A stretch of 64,000 bases of DNA from Adineta vaga (lineage: Eukaryota; Animalia; Rotifera): positions 12,710,001 to 12,774,000 of the forward strand of contig CP075494.1 in assembly GCA_021613535.1 (NCBI GenBank). The letters run 5' to 3'. The notes below the pieces were generated by a model. It saw nothing but the letters and a program-made list of their open reading frames with translations, did no database searches and was not told the origin of the DNA. Position numbers and translations under genes: made by a program. Shown here one piece after another: positions 1-13,652 of the stretch (positions are counted from its first letter, which is position 1; each line of letters begins with the position of its first letter).

Positions 1-311
1 GTCTTGTGTTCTTTCGCTCATTTTAATGTTCGCTCGATGGTGAATGAAATGGAGACGAGAGAAAGGTGTACATATATTTAAAAGAGGAGAAAGGCAAAGA
101 AGAAGAAAAAGAGGTAAGAACACACATCTATACATCAGGGAACAAACGGGTATGAAGCGGGAAAAACGAACCTTACTACTACTACTACAACGAATGTCTC
201 TTGTCCGTTCAATGAAGGTATACAAAGTAAATAGAAGAGAAAAAAGAAAAGAACGCGATGCAATGAAAATTTCAATAGAAGTACGCTCGCCTTTATGTAG
301 ACACATACATT

Positions 312-334
312 TATATATATATATATATATATAT
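312..334. repeat. (TA)n microsatellite
   Basis: Perfect TA dinucleotide run. Confidence 0.9.
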
Positions 335-626
335 GTAGACGAGAAAAAAAGGGAACAGAACGAATGCTCGAGAGTTAAAGTCACCCTCAACTACGCTATC
401 TCTCTTTTTTCTTTTTTCGGTCTACACATACACCGAAATGTGAAAGAGCATTTCGACGATAGCAAGTTGATGAAAAAAGGGTAACAATCTTATTCTGTGC
501 TTTATCTTTTCGAACGGATCTCTTAATGGAAAATCTTTTCAATTAAAAATTATGCGCATTAGAGTGTTTTTTTTTCGCCAAATTGGAAAACAACTGTTAC
601 ATATTTTAGATAGAAAAGGACTAATT

Positions 627-3139
627 ATGAATCCATTGGATATTCAACAGCAGTTAGCCGATCAACGCCGTGGTCGATATGTACGTGTGAGTGATGTTGA
701 CCGACGACTATTAATTGATACGTATAAGAAAGGCGAAGATTTTATAGCTCTGGCAAAAAAACTCAATATCAAACGATCAACAGGTAGGAATGACAAACGC
801 AATGATTCTTTTAGTACTTATACTTTGTGATTCACATATAACATATGTTTTTTCCGATGACAAATGAGTCATAGATGATGTCAAAATAACATATGATTTT
901 ATTTTTAGCACGAAGTATACTTCGAACATATATTGATGAGGGTCGTGTATCGGCTAAACAACGTGCTGGTACACGTCTACGTTTTATAACTGAAGAAGAA
1001 GCTGAAATGATACGAGAAATGAAACGTCGCCATCCATTAATCACAATTGGTCAAATACAAATGCGTTTACAACGTACATCAAATCGTGTATTAAGTAAAG
1101 CATCTATATCACGTATATTAACAAATAGTATTCGTTTGGGTAAACGTGCAAAACGTTCAGTTGATGGTGAAGATGATGCTGATGGAATGAATGAATCAAT
1201 GGTTAATGGTAATGATGAATTGATGCAATTATCATCCGATGAAAATACAGGTGGAGCAATCTTTATTGATGATACAAATGATGATGAAGATGATGATGAT
1301 GGAATGATGGAAAATAATTCATCAATGAATAATCTTGATGATTTTCAACGTTTTATGTTAAGAAAAACAAGTGTCAATGGTGAAGATTCCATAGTGAATG
1401 AGAATTTAGAACAATATGATGATAATGGTTATCCTACAGGTTATCCTCAATATGGTAGTGAAGAAGATGAAGATGAAGTAAATTATTTGAAATAGGAAAA
1501 AGAAAAAGAAGTTATTATTTCATTATTTATTTAGTTATCTGATGAAAATGAAACGACAACACCAGTTGATCTTCGATCTGAAATCACTTCAACACCATCT
1601 GTTGTAAATGCAAGTACTCCAATTTTAAATGAAAATGGTTGTTGGAATTTAAGTGCCAATTCTGTTAAATCTGAACCTGTTTGTGTATTTGTTAATCGAA
1701 ATTATGATGAAAATTCTTCTGATAGTGAACATCTTCAAGAACAACCATTAACTATTGACGAAGACTCAACTAAAACTTCGACAAATAATCTACCAACGTA
1801 ATTAATATTTTAATAACGAAAGAAAACGATTGTTTTTACAAATTATTATTTTTTTAGACTTCCGACTTCGCATTCAGCAGGTTATCGACGTGGAAAAATT
1901 TGTCCAATATGCAATGAAACAAACTTTTCACGTCTATCTCATCATCTTGCTATGACACATAATCTTTCTCGACCAGAAATTCTCACTTTACTCGCTTATA
2001 CTGATCAAAATAATAATAATAATTCTTCATTAGCAAGTGTTAGTGAAAGTTCACCAACAAATACACCATCAAATGCACCAGATAAAAGTCCACAACAAAC
2101 ACCAATTAGTATTAATACCAATAATCAGCAGATAACATGTCCATCATCACCAATCAATGAATCAGATAATAATCAACAAACATCATTGACAACAACAACA
2201 ACAGCAGCAGCAATACATTCAGTCGCAGGAGATCAACAATCATCAAATTATTTACCAATTGATGGAAAAAAACGTTTATTATGTCCACGATGTGATACAT
2301 GGGTTTTAAATTTAACTGATCATTTAATAAAAAAACATCATTTAATATCTAAACAAGAACGTCTACCATTTTTACGCTTAGCACGTAATCGTTATGCAAC
2401 ACCATCTTCGACACCAACTACCAATGGTAATGAAGATAAAACAACAACTAATTCATTTTTAATTAGTCCAGATCATTCGTCACCAAATACAAATCAATCG
2501 AATGATCAACAATCAGCTCTTCAAAATGCAGCAAATCGAAAATATCAAAATATTGTTAAAAAATATCGTAAAAAATTCTTAGGTTCAATGCATCCTCCAT
2601 CATCGAATCATTCGGCAACATCATCATTGAATAATTCTCATTCATCAAATACTTCAATAGAAAAATCACTTACACTTTCATCATTTGATCATACAAATCT
2701 TTCCTTACCAACACATGAATTAACATCAAGCAATGGAACTGTAAATCCAAATCTATTAACAATGAACAGTATTCAATCCTTATTAACCAATGGTTCATCA
2801 AATCCATGTAAACAAGAAAAATTCAAATTTCCATCACTTAATGAAAATTTCTCTACACGAACTTTTTCGGCTATTAAATCATCGGGAAATAATACGAATA
2901 TCAAAGATCAACAACAGGTAAATTGTGAATTTTTGTCATTGAAAGTTTTTTCAATTGATGTTCTGTTTTAGTTATCAACGAATCAAAAATTTGAACAACG
3001 TTTAACTGTATTTCGTCAACAATTTGCTGTGACATTAGCAATGCAAAATTCTTTAATGCAACAAATGGAATTATTACAACGAAGTTTTGTTTGTATTGAG
3101 GATGAATGGAATGATATGAAAAAACAAATTGTTTCATAA
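627..3139 (+). CDS. Putative transcription factor: N-terminal IS630/Tc1-like bipartite HTH, acidic linker, two C2H2-like zinc fingers, C-terminal coiled coil (5 exons)
   Basis: Exons about 627-783, 909-1477, 1535-1797, 1858-2917, 2972-3139 join in frame across GT-AG introns. HTH-like: RRGRYVRVSDVDRRLLIDTYKKGEDFIALAKKLNIKRSTARSILRTY...HPLITIGQIQMRL...LSKASISRIL. Fingers: CPICNETNFSRLSHHLAMTH and CPRCDTWVLNLTDHLIKKHH. Confidence 0.75.
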
Positions 3140-4267
3140 ATGTATTGATAAATGTATGTTTTCTTCTTCTTCTTCTTCTTCTTCTCTCAGATCAGATATT
3201 ACCGTTTTTTCTTTTGTTGATACGAAAAAAAAAGATAAACGCATATGTTTTTGTTTTTCTGTTTGTTTTATTCTATTCCTTCCAAGAAGCTGATGAAAAT
3301 GATGGCGTGCTACAAAGAATTCATTGTTTGTTTTTTTGTACATAAATTTACACACAAAACGTTTTCTTTTTCTTTGTTTCTGTTTGAGCAGTAGTTCATT
3401 TTTCTTCCTTTTTTTTGGTGCTTGAACATTCCTTTTTACTGTTATTTGTTACTTCATCTTCTGATATAATTCCAGAACGCATATCTGTAATGAATGACAG
3501 TGTCTGTTTGCATCAATGGTCGTTTGTTTTTTCTTCTCTTTTTCCAAGCTTCTATCAGTACATCACATTGTTTTGTGTTCCGCTCATTTTTAGTCGATTT
3601 TTTTTTGTTTCGATGATTTCTTCTTTTGATGACAAAATGATGTGTGAACTCTAGATCTATCGATTTTCTTCTCTCTTTCTCTCAGAATAGAATATCGCAA
3701 CAATCGATGATTAGAATTATTCTATGTGTAGCTATGTGTGTATGAAACATTTTGTTCACCTTTTTTTTTAAATATTTATCTGTCATTTTAAGAGCATCTC
3801 GGATGCTTTTTTTGTTTTTCTTTTCTTCGCGTTTTACAATCTTTTCTTTGTTTTTTTTTTGAATAATAATAGAAACAAACAGATAAGAATCATTTAAACA
3901 ACGTAAAAACATCTCATACTTGCAAATTTTCAATGGATTGATTGATTAATCAAAAAAGAGAACAGATAAAATCTTTTGGAAATGAAAACTTTTGATTTTC
4001 TTCTTTCCTTCATACATCACCGTGAAATGACTATCGAACAAATGATATTCATGATAGAAAAATATCGACTATATATATATCATCGTGAACCGTATAATTA
4101 ACATCAAATTGCTTACTGTCATTTAGGAAAGATTTTTTTTTAACTAGATGGTTATCTTCAAAACTATCATATAGCAGAGAAAATATTTTTATTAGTAAGA
4201 AATGAAGTCATTCATAGCTTTCATTTTTATTGTTTTTAAAAATCGATTATTCAATTCTTTGTAGGCA

Positions 4268-5611
4268 TCAAAACAATTTTATTGTCATTGCAATTACGAA
4301 TAATATTGTGAATAAATCCGTTGGTAATCTATAAGAAGATTATTATATTTGCATAATAATAAATAATGATCAGTAGGATACTTACCGGCGTATTGATGAA
4401 CTTACTAAATACATAGAGAAAATAGATTGAATAGATGTGAAGAAAGAAAAAGAATAGAATAGACAAAACTTACCTGTCGATGTCGATGGACCACTGCAAG
4501 GTTGATTATCAATCAAAGCAAAAAATTGTATACGATGATTCCAAGCTTCACATACATAAAGATTTCCATCTTTGTCGAAATCCAAATCAGTTGGATGATA
4601 GAACTGATTTTTTCCACTACCTTGTCCTAAAATGTAAATAATTCATTTGCAAAAAAAAAAACTGTGAATATCCCGATCTTATTCTACATACCATTACCAC
4701 CAGCAATTGTTTCACCTTCGGTTGCACCATGTTTCCAGCGCTGAATTCGATTGTTCATTAGATCAACTACATAAAGAGTTTTGGTTTCTTCATCAAAACG
4801 TAAACCATACGGTCTCTCTAAAGATTTTGCATCTGATCCAGGATCTCCATCACTTGAACCAGCAACAGTAACACCTTCTTGCGCACCTTTTGGCCATTTT
4901 TGAATACGATGATTTGTAAGATCTGCTATATATAATGCACTAGTAGTCTTATCAACAACGATTCCTTCGGGTTCACTCAAATGATCAGCTCTTGGATCTT
5001 TCGTATCTGCTTCACCAGCGACGACGGTTGTTATATTTGTTGAACGTGACCATTTTAGTATACGATTTCGATTATGTTCTGTCATATACACATTTTTCTC
5101 TCCATCTAACCATACTCCTGTGCAACCTGCACAATAATCACCAATTGGAATACCATGTGTAGCACCTTTGATCCATTTTTCTACACGATTCGCACCATTC
5201 ATTGCAATATAAATACTCGGATTAGTCTCATTATCATCATCGACATAGATTTTAAAACCTTGATTTAAATGTGGTAATAAAGTAGTACCAGTTGTAGTTG
5301 ATCGATCAAGAGGAAAGACTTGAATACGTCCATTGTATGAATCAGATACATAAAGAAGTTTAGTTTTATCATGAACAAAAATTCCTTGAGGATATGAAAG
5401 TTGTCTTGGAGTATTTCCAGATACTCCATTACCAGCTACAGTAATTCCATTCGTGTTCCATTTTGCACAAGGACTAATAGTGATTGAGAACACACAAGAG
5501 ACACAACACAAAACTGCAACTGTAATATAAATAGATGATTGCTTTTTTTCGTTGAGAAGATATTATTCTAATTAACTTACAGTAAGAGTGTATAGCAATC
5601 TGCATCTTCAT
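4268..5611 (-). CDS. Secreted, probably GPI-anchored NHL-repeat beta-propeller protein
   Basis: Signal-like N-terminus (MKMQIAIHSY/FAVLCCVSCVFS), CAKWNTNGITVAG, repeated LxxPxGIxVD...LYIADxxNHRIQKW NHL units, Ser/Thr spacer, hydrophobic tail (LPTDLFTILFVIAMTIKLF*). Several short introns. Confidence 0.85.
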
Positions 5612-6310
5612 TGATGACAAATAAAGAATAACATGTGAAACATGAAGAGAAATGATAAAATAATTGAGTCAAACATGATAAGCTATGATATAAAATTGAC
5701 TTGTTACTATTACAAGCAAAATTTCTTATCAATTGTTTCATTTCAAACATAGAAAAAATCTTCTTATTTTCATATACAAAGTAGTTGAATTTGTTGATGA
5801 TGACTTTGACAATTTCGATCAATAGATCAGTGCAATAATTGTAAAATTTTCTTTCATATTATCGTCTCAATGTCACAATACATTACATAAAAGTTTTGTT
5901 GTTTGTTGAACAGTCATTTCCTAGCGGAAACTTCTGTTTCAATAATAAATTTTAATTATAATTTCAAATCATATTTCTTCATAATACAGATGAAAGAAAA
6001 TAGTCTACTATGATCATAAACAAGAAGAATAATTGAATATTAATTTCATTTGACTGACTTCATTCTATTCATTTCGATCATCAATGTAAACCGCCCATTG
6101 TAACGAAATATTGAGTGTCAGTCATTCTATTGATATGAAAGTTCAATGGTTTAATCAAATAGTAGAGAAACATTGCGAATAATACAAAAGAAAAAAACTG
6201 CATAGATAAGACTTTTTTATTTACTTATCAAGTATAATTCGTTTGATTCATAGCGCACTCTGTACGGCATAAAGAATTTTTCTTGTATTGTTGCTGCTGC
6301 TGTTGTTGTT

Positions 6311-6341
6311 GTTGTCCTGACAGCATTATAATAATGGCAAC
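6311..6341 (+). promoter_or_regulatory. RFX X-box-like motifs upstream of CFAP96
   Basis: GTTGTCCTGACAGC (6311-6324) and half-site ATGGCAAC (6334-6341), 65-95 nt before the ATG of a ciliary gene. Confidence 0.45.
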
Positions 6342-6404
6342 ATTATTTTTTCGAAAATTGAGATTAAAAAGCTCGCTTAACATAGTTTACACCTTAATCT
6401 AACC

Positions 6405-7699
6405 ATGGCATCAACAAAAGATGATATGGATCGTGTGGGTCTTTTCAAAGAAATGGAATATGTTACAATTAAAGACCCATATAGAGAAGCTTCGAAAAGT
6501 AGTTTTCTATTATTCATTGTTAGTATTATATTTTGTACGGTTTGTTTTTTCAATAGTTAATTTTAATGAAGCTGCATACAAAAATAAACAGATGATGAGT
6601 AAATGTTCGAAGGAACGATCAACAGGATCATTGGCTGGATATTTTGACACGGAATTTAAACCTTTACGTGCTTCATATATTGATCCGATGTCAATGCGTC
6701 GACAAGCTCGTATTGAAGAAAAGAAAAGAAATATCGTCACAAGACCATTTGTTACCATGTCTAGAGCTAAAGATCCGTATGTTAAACAGACTTTTGAACA
6801 CATATAAGTATTGTTTTTCAGTGAAGGATTGGGTTCATTTTTTGGAACATTTGGTGGTCCAATAAAGGATCTCGATCCAACAAAGGCAAAATATCGTGAT
6901 CAACCAAAACCTTCTGCTGAAAAATCGAACTTCAAAACGAATCCATCAAAGAAAGGAACTGGTTATGGGTAGATATACTCAAAAAAGCATTATCGTCAAA
7001 TTCTACACATTTCTTTCTTAGTTATCCACATTTATGTTTGAGTAAAGATCCTTCATATGCTTACAAGGATAAAACAGATGATTACAATGCATCATTTGAA
7101 TCGCAACGAGTAAAATTTAAATAACATTCGAATTCAATAGTATTATTTGATTATTTGAATAATTTAGAAAGATTTTTCTCATCATAAGGCATCGATGAAA
7201 GCCGGTGTCTTTAAATTAAATATGCATCCTAAAGAATACTTTGATCGTAATCCATTTCGCGAAGAAGGTAAAGGTGGAAAGAGACATAGTGAAGAAAAAG
7301 AACGTTCAAGATCAGCACCATCAGATAAAAAACCATTCAAATACAGTTCACCTGGCAAATCGGTAAGTTTCTTTTTACTAATTATAGAAAAAATCATCTT
7401 TTAATCAATCGAAATCTTTCTAGCTTGGCGGAAATAAAGATGGTTGTTTTGATAGATTTCCAAAACGAAGTGAAAAAGATCCATATGTGGTTAGTTCAGT
7501 CGATGCACCAGTAAAGAATGTTATTAATAAACAAGGAAAAACATTTTTTCCAAATAAATATCCAAAACCTCGACCAAGTGATTCGATAATAAATCGATAT
7601 GTTACTTTACATGTTACACAACAAAATTATAAACAAGCATCATCAAGTTTTGCCGGATTTCAACCACCACCAATTCGACAACATATTTCAGCTCATTAA
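6405..7699 (+). CDS. CFAP96: CFAP96/C4orf47 (UPF0602) homolog, multi-exon
   Basis: MASTKDDMDRVGLFKEMEYVTIKDPY..., KQMM, GYFDTEFKPL...YIDP, NFKTNPSKKGTGYGYP, KKPFKYSSPGK, GGNKDGCFDRFP match the family as I recall it. Confidence 0.85.
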
Positions 7700-8083
7700 A
7701 TCATTTATAACGAATATATTTTGTTTTTTATCATTGATCTTTTGATTTTCTTTCCAAATATATATTTATCAACAATTCAATCTCTACATAAGAATGCTAT
7801 GTTTGTTAAAAGACAATGAAATCCTATCTATTTTGTATTGGTAGGTAGTTTAATCATATTCTGAAAAAAATGTATTAACTTTACATTGAATAGTGAAACT
7901 TTTACACGCGGCAAAAACATTCTATTTCTATAGGTTACAAAGTTATTTAAGAGTTTGTATTTCCTTTCGTAGATAGTTAAAAGATCACTAAACAACTTCA
8001 CTGGATTATAATGACTAAATATATCTCTCGCTCTTCTCTAATAAAAAAACACAAAACTATTTAAAAAAAAACGATTATAATTA

Positions 8084-9072
8084 TTATTTCTTCTGTTGTT
8101 TCAGAGCTGTTTCAATATCCTAAAACATAAATATTCGTATTCGCTTTCTTCAATCATGAAATCTCTTACTTTATGAAGAATTCCTTTCAAATCTTTATAA
8201 GCTGCATCAAGTTTGTCATTTAATATGATATGATCGTAAACACCGGGTTGTTTACTAAATTCCATCGATTCTTTCGATTCTTTCAAACGTTTTTCAATTG
8301 CACTTTCTGAATCGGTTTGACGATCACGTAAACGTTTCTCCAGAATTTCGTAACTTGGTGGACTTATGTAGATAAATACTGCTTGAAGATCACTTTTTCG
8401 AATACTTTTTACACCTTGCATATCAACATCTAATACACAGATACGACCAGTTTTTGCGACATCTTCTACTGCTTTCTTGCTAAACATATGAGAATACAAA
8501 AATATTTGTGAGATCAATGATGAATCGGTTATGTAACCTGGTTCCATAATGATTGGATGAATATTCTGTTGTTTCTAGAAATTCGCCGTTAGCAATCATT
8601 TTTTCCATTTGATTTCGTGATACAAAATAATATTCTAGAGAATCAATCTGAAAATTACTTTATCTATGGAAACTATATTGTATACCTCGACCATTTTGTT
8701 CTCTCGGTCGAGGTGTTCGTGTCGTATCTAGCGAGTAAAAAAAACATACATAGATAGATAATATTTTTACCTATACAAACAGAACGTACGAGATACACTG
8801 AAAGTAAATACAGATGGATATTCTTTGAATAATTGATGGATTAAGGTACTTTTACCAGATCTAAAGAATAGTTTATTAGAAACAAGTTCTAAATTTAATA
8901 ATATTCTTCGATTAAGAGACGATACAAAACACACCCGCTCGGACCAGATACAACAATGGCACGAGGTTGGATGACTGTTTTAGTAGCAAGTGTTCGAATT
9001 CCTATTCTAATAGACGAACAAGACAAATTATCTATCATTTAAAGACTAATTTTACCGTAAGAAACTATACAT
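8084..9072 (-). CDS. GUK1: Guanylate kinase, multi-exon, short possibly mitochondrial N-terminal extension
   Basis: IVVSGPSGSGKSTL P-loop, SVSHTTRTPRPRE, YYFV, GEFLE, YGT, CVLDVDMQGV, LEKRLRDRQTDSESAIEKRL. Confidence 0.93.
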
Positions 9073-9461
9073 GATATACTTGTTTTTTTTCCGAAGTATA
9101 ATGTCTTTGTTATTACAAATGAATAATCTGAAAAATATGAATAATATTTATGTAGAAAAACTTCTTTAGAAGACGAGCAAGATTAAAAAACTCTATTTCA
9201 TTCATCGTTCATACTAATGAGATAGAATAGTGTTTTTGATTTGATGATTATAGTACGAGTTAGACCGATGACTTTCGACTGTTGTTCATAAATGAGAATG
9301 ATTTTGATAATTAAGAAATAAGACACATGTCCGCATCAATCATATAATAGTTTTATTTTGTTTGTATATGTTCCTTTCTTTTTTATAATAAGCAAAACAA
9401 ATGAAAAAAAAAGAACAATACAATGAGACAGTCACAAGAAGCATGATAGAATATACATATA

Positions 9462-10017
9462 TTAACCTGAACAACCTCGACAGCCACAGTGAACACATTC
9501 AACAACTTTTCCTTCTTCTAATTTCTCTTTTGGTACACGACAAATACATTTTTTATTGAAATTTGTATCACGCGGTTGAATGCAACGAAGACAACAAAGA
9601 TTTTCATAACCTTGTTTTTTCCATTGGGCTGAAAAGAAAAATCAATACATTTATCCGTACAATATTCTCATTGATTAGAGTACAATACGTACCAATTAAA
9701 TTTTTGTCACCAATTGATTGTTTTATACAGTAATCATACAATTCTTTACTGATCGTTTTACGTTTATAATACAGATCATAGAGATAACGTGATTTCTGAT
9801 GATGAATTTTAAAAATTGGCCATAAAGTTTCAACTTTACGTTTACCTTCATGTGGTGCTAATTCAGCTTCTCGCATTTTAGCTTCAATTTCATCCAATGT
9901 TGGTTCAATTAAATCCCTAAAATATAATTCATTTTCTATCGAAATATCATTTTCTTTTGTAGATAAAACTTACCATCCATCTGGAGGTGGTTTTGTTCCT
10001 TTTCGTACTTTGACCAT
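9462..10017 (-). CDS. BUD31: Pre-mRNA splicing factor BUD31 (G10)
   Basis: [33 protein letters not shown]...[14 protein letters not shown]...[16 protein letters not shown]...[12 protein letters not shown]. Confidence 0.97.
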
Positions 10018-10260
10018 TTTGAATGATTTCAATAAAATTATCTAGAAGACAAATTAAAAAATCATTATTTTGGTTTTATTTTATTAATTTCACGGTTTTC
10101 TGTTCTTTTCGGTACTCTCGAAGAAAAAGCAACATTATTACATTCTTGTTTATCCAACTAACATACATATGAGAGAAACAAAGAACGAAAACAAGCACAC
10201 ACAAGCACACGCGAAAAAGCATAATAATCAACAATATTGTTTGAAGAATGAAGTATGTTC

Positions 10261-13200
10261 TTAAGATTTGCCTTGTCGTCGTCCTCGTAGAATACGACGA
10301 GGCGAATCTGATCTGGGACCTTCACTTCCAATGTTAAATAGACTGAAATGAAAAAAGGAACGAAAATGATATAGTTTTATTAATTAATGAAACTACTTAC
10401 GTAGGACCACTATCTGGAGTACTAGATAAGTCAGCTGTAAGTGAAGAATTCTTGAATGGATCGGAAATATTTGAAGTTGATGCTTGAATACCGAAATTCA
10501 TCAAATTTGGTGGAAAAGTAGATTGACTAGTAGCACCAAACAGTGGAGGTGCTGATGACTGAGCACCAAATGCAAAACCGCCAACAATTGATGCTGTTGA
10601 AGTTTGAGTGTTCGTTGGTGTGACACCGAAATTAAATAAAGGTGTTGGATTTGCTGAAGTAGAAGGTGGAAATGGATTTGCCGGTCGTTCATTGAACATT
10701 GATGACGTTCCAAACGGTGCTAGTGAACCAAATGTAGGTGCATTATTTGCATTGACTGCTGTGATTGAAGTCGGTGCAAATGATCTAAGAGAATTGGTTG
10801 TATTAAGTCCAAATGGAGGATTATTCGATGGTAATGTCGTTGTTGAAGTAAAATTGCTTGTGCCGAATGCAGGTGAAGCTAATGAAACCCCTGGAAAACC
10901 AAATGAAACAGGAGTTGTGGAAGTGTTTGCTGTCGTTGTTGCTATTGCTACTGTAGAAGAATTTGAACTAAGCGTTGGCGAAAACGTCTGTATGAGAGGA
11001 ATTGAGGGTGTTGTTATTAAGGGAGAGGTACCAAATGGTACAAAAGGTATTGATGGTACTGAACTTGATGTAGTCACTGCTGGAGTGAGACTAGTTGATG
11101 CGAGCGAAGCAAAAGGTTGGAATGCTGCAGTTACCGGTAAGGAAGTGGTTGGACTAGTACTCATCGAATTGTCAGATGAAGATAATGTACCAAATGAAAA
11201 TTGACGAGTCGTAATAAGAGGATTTTCCTTTGTTGTAACAATACCAATTGAAGGCTGAGTAATTGTAGTCGATGAATTTGTGGTAGTAGCAGTTGTTGAT
11301 GATCCAAATGGTTTTGTTCCGAACATGAAAGTAGGGGTAATAGTGGATATAGTATTAAATACTGGTATTGTTGAACTAGGTGTAGGTGTTGCAGTAGTTG
11401 TAATGGTACTTTGCTGAGATGTTGTCGGTATTATACCAAATACTGGAACAGAAGAGCTAGCAGTAGTTGTTACAGGATTCTCGTTTGTAGTTATTGATAC
11501 ACTTGCACTTGGTATTATAGGAAGTGATGGAAACGGAGCAGTGAAACTATTGGTTGTAATAGTTGGGGAAGAAGAAGTAGTAATAACACTTTCTTTAGTT
11601 ATTGTTTTATTAAAGTTGGAAGTAACCGGTGTGAAGGTATTTGATTCTTTTGTAACAGCAACCGTAGTAGTATTATCAGTAGTGATTGATGGTACTGATT
11701 CTTTTGCAATCAATACACTTGGTTGACTCGCTACAATAGAAAATGATATATTATTCGCTTCTAATAAATATAAACTTACCACTTGGTTTTTTATAATCCG
11801 GATTAAATTTATAACATAATGAACATGACGCAGTTTGTGCTGAATGTTCTTTAGTACAACATGGACATTGCCAAATAGATTCTGTAGGACGCGATGATGA
11901 CAAAGGAAGTTTTGGTGCATTAGAAATATTGGTTTGTGATTGATTTGCTGACGAAATATTAACATTGTATTTACCGACGAGAAAAGGGACGACTAATTGA
12001 GAAGTTAATTTGAATTGATCCATAGCCATCAACGACTTACCTGCATCATTACGACATTTATCTGGATATGTTTTGGCATATTGTTCTTGAGCACGTGCAA
12101 ATTTTGGCCACGAAAATGGTGTAATATTACCAAGTACCTTGATATGAAGTAAAACTATTTCATTATCTTGCTCTTCTTTTTCACTTACTTTCCGCTTAGT
12201 AATAGTATTTGTTGTTTGCGGTTGACGTTTTTCAATAGTAATTGAACTATTTGTCTGAAAATTTTCTGCAATTGGCATTGATACTACTTCATTTCGAATT
12301 TCTTTTGGAGGAAATGTAGCTTGCGATTTTTGACTCGGTTCTACAATTGCAATCTATAACAAAAAAGAAGAAAATAGTCAAATTTGTTTTTGAAATCAAT
12401 TGAAAAATCTTACATCACATTGAATACCGCATTCTTTTTCTGGAGCTTTTATTGGTTTTGACACTGATGTTATAGTTGTTGGTTCTGGTTCTTCAGTTGT
12501 TGTAGATAATCTGAAGATAGAGAATGATTAAAGCTACGAGAAAACAAAGATGTTATCTAAAGATATTACGGTTCATGATCAAGTGTACGATCAAGTCGTA
12601 TACAATCTTGTAAAGTTCGTCGACGAAGTCTTTCAATATACGGTAAACGACGTGAATTGATCGATGAATAATTAGCACCAAACATTTGTCGTCGATTGGA
12701 TATCTGAATGAAGATATTATTTGCAAGATAAATTATAAAGTCTATCAATTATTGACTACTTACCGGATTTGTTAAGGTGCCTGACGATTGTTTATTAGTT
12801 GATAATGACGATGATGATGATGAAGATCGATCGATAAGACTAGTTGCTAATAAATGATTCGCTGCAGTTTCATTTGACTGAGCAGTTGTCGTTGTTGTTG
12901 TTGTTGTCGTCGTCTAACAAATAGAATTTTTATTATGAAGTCAAAAGAAAAGGATTTAGTTTGACATACTCGATTTCCAAAAGAGAAAAGTGGTGATTTT
13001 GATGGATCATAATTGGATGTTACTTTTCGATAAGTAGAAGGATGATGATAAAGTGGTCGAGAACGATTAATTATTTCAGAATAATTTTGTTCAATAGACG
13101 TTCGACGAAGAATCGGTGTTGTATACGTTGATGACGCCACACTATCTATGGAATCTATCAATCGAAAGAAAAAATCAATCCTAATTCTATTCATTTCATT

Positions 13201-13652
13201 CATACTTGACGGTGGTGATGCTCGGTCACTTTCCTGATTACTATTTGTTGACAAAATATGTTGATAATTAGCTGTACGACGTCGTTTGGTTTGTTGTTCT
13301 GTTGACGGTACATCTCGACTGTAACTATCTTCATCATCAGTCAGTTGTGGTTCATCATCAGTATTGTTTGAACGACGATCTAAAGATGAAAATTAGAATC
13401 AATCGGAAATAGAAATTTAATCTTACTATTTCTTTGATCATTTCTAGGAGTTCGATCGATTTGCTGTTCTTCATTAACTTCTTCTGTAAAATCAGATCGT
13501 TTTCGTTTCTAAATTGAAATGTTTCTCTTTCCTTGAAAAAAAGATGCATATAATAGACATGAATAACTTACGGGACGATCTGTATCATTAATTGGTGCAA
13601 ATAAAAATGATGGATGAAAAAATTTTGTTACAACATCTTTAATTTTATGCAT
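10261..13652 (-). CDS. NUP153: Nup153-like FG nucleoporin, multi-exon
   Basis: RanBP2-type finger WQCPCCTKEHSAQTASCSLC, long Ser/Thr-rich FG/FxFG region (10397-11730), basic C-terminus FNIGS...RRILRGRRQGKS*. Start codon approximate; upstream exons possible. Confidence 0.75.

Noticed and set aside
44-484. 146-aa ORF at the window start
   Set aside because: Translates purine-rich low-complexity sequence and a TA microsatellite; more likely the 5'-UTR/promoter of the gene at 627.
10608-11204. 198-aa plus-strand ORF rich in Val/Gly/Glu
   Set aside because: Antisense shadow of the Thr/Ser/Pro-rich Nup153 exon; no ATG start and no independent signals.
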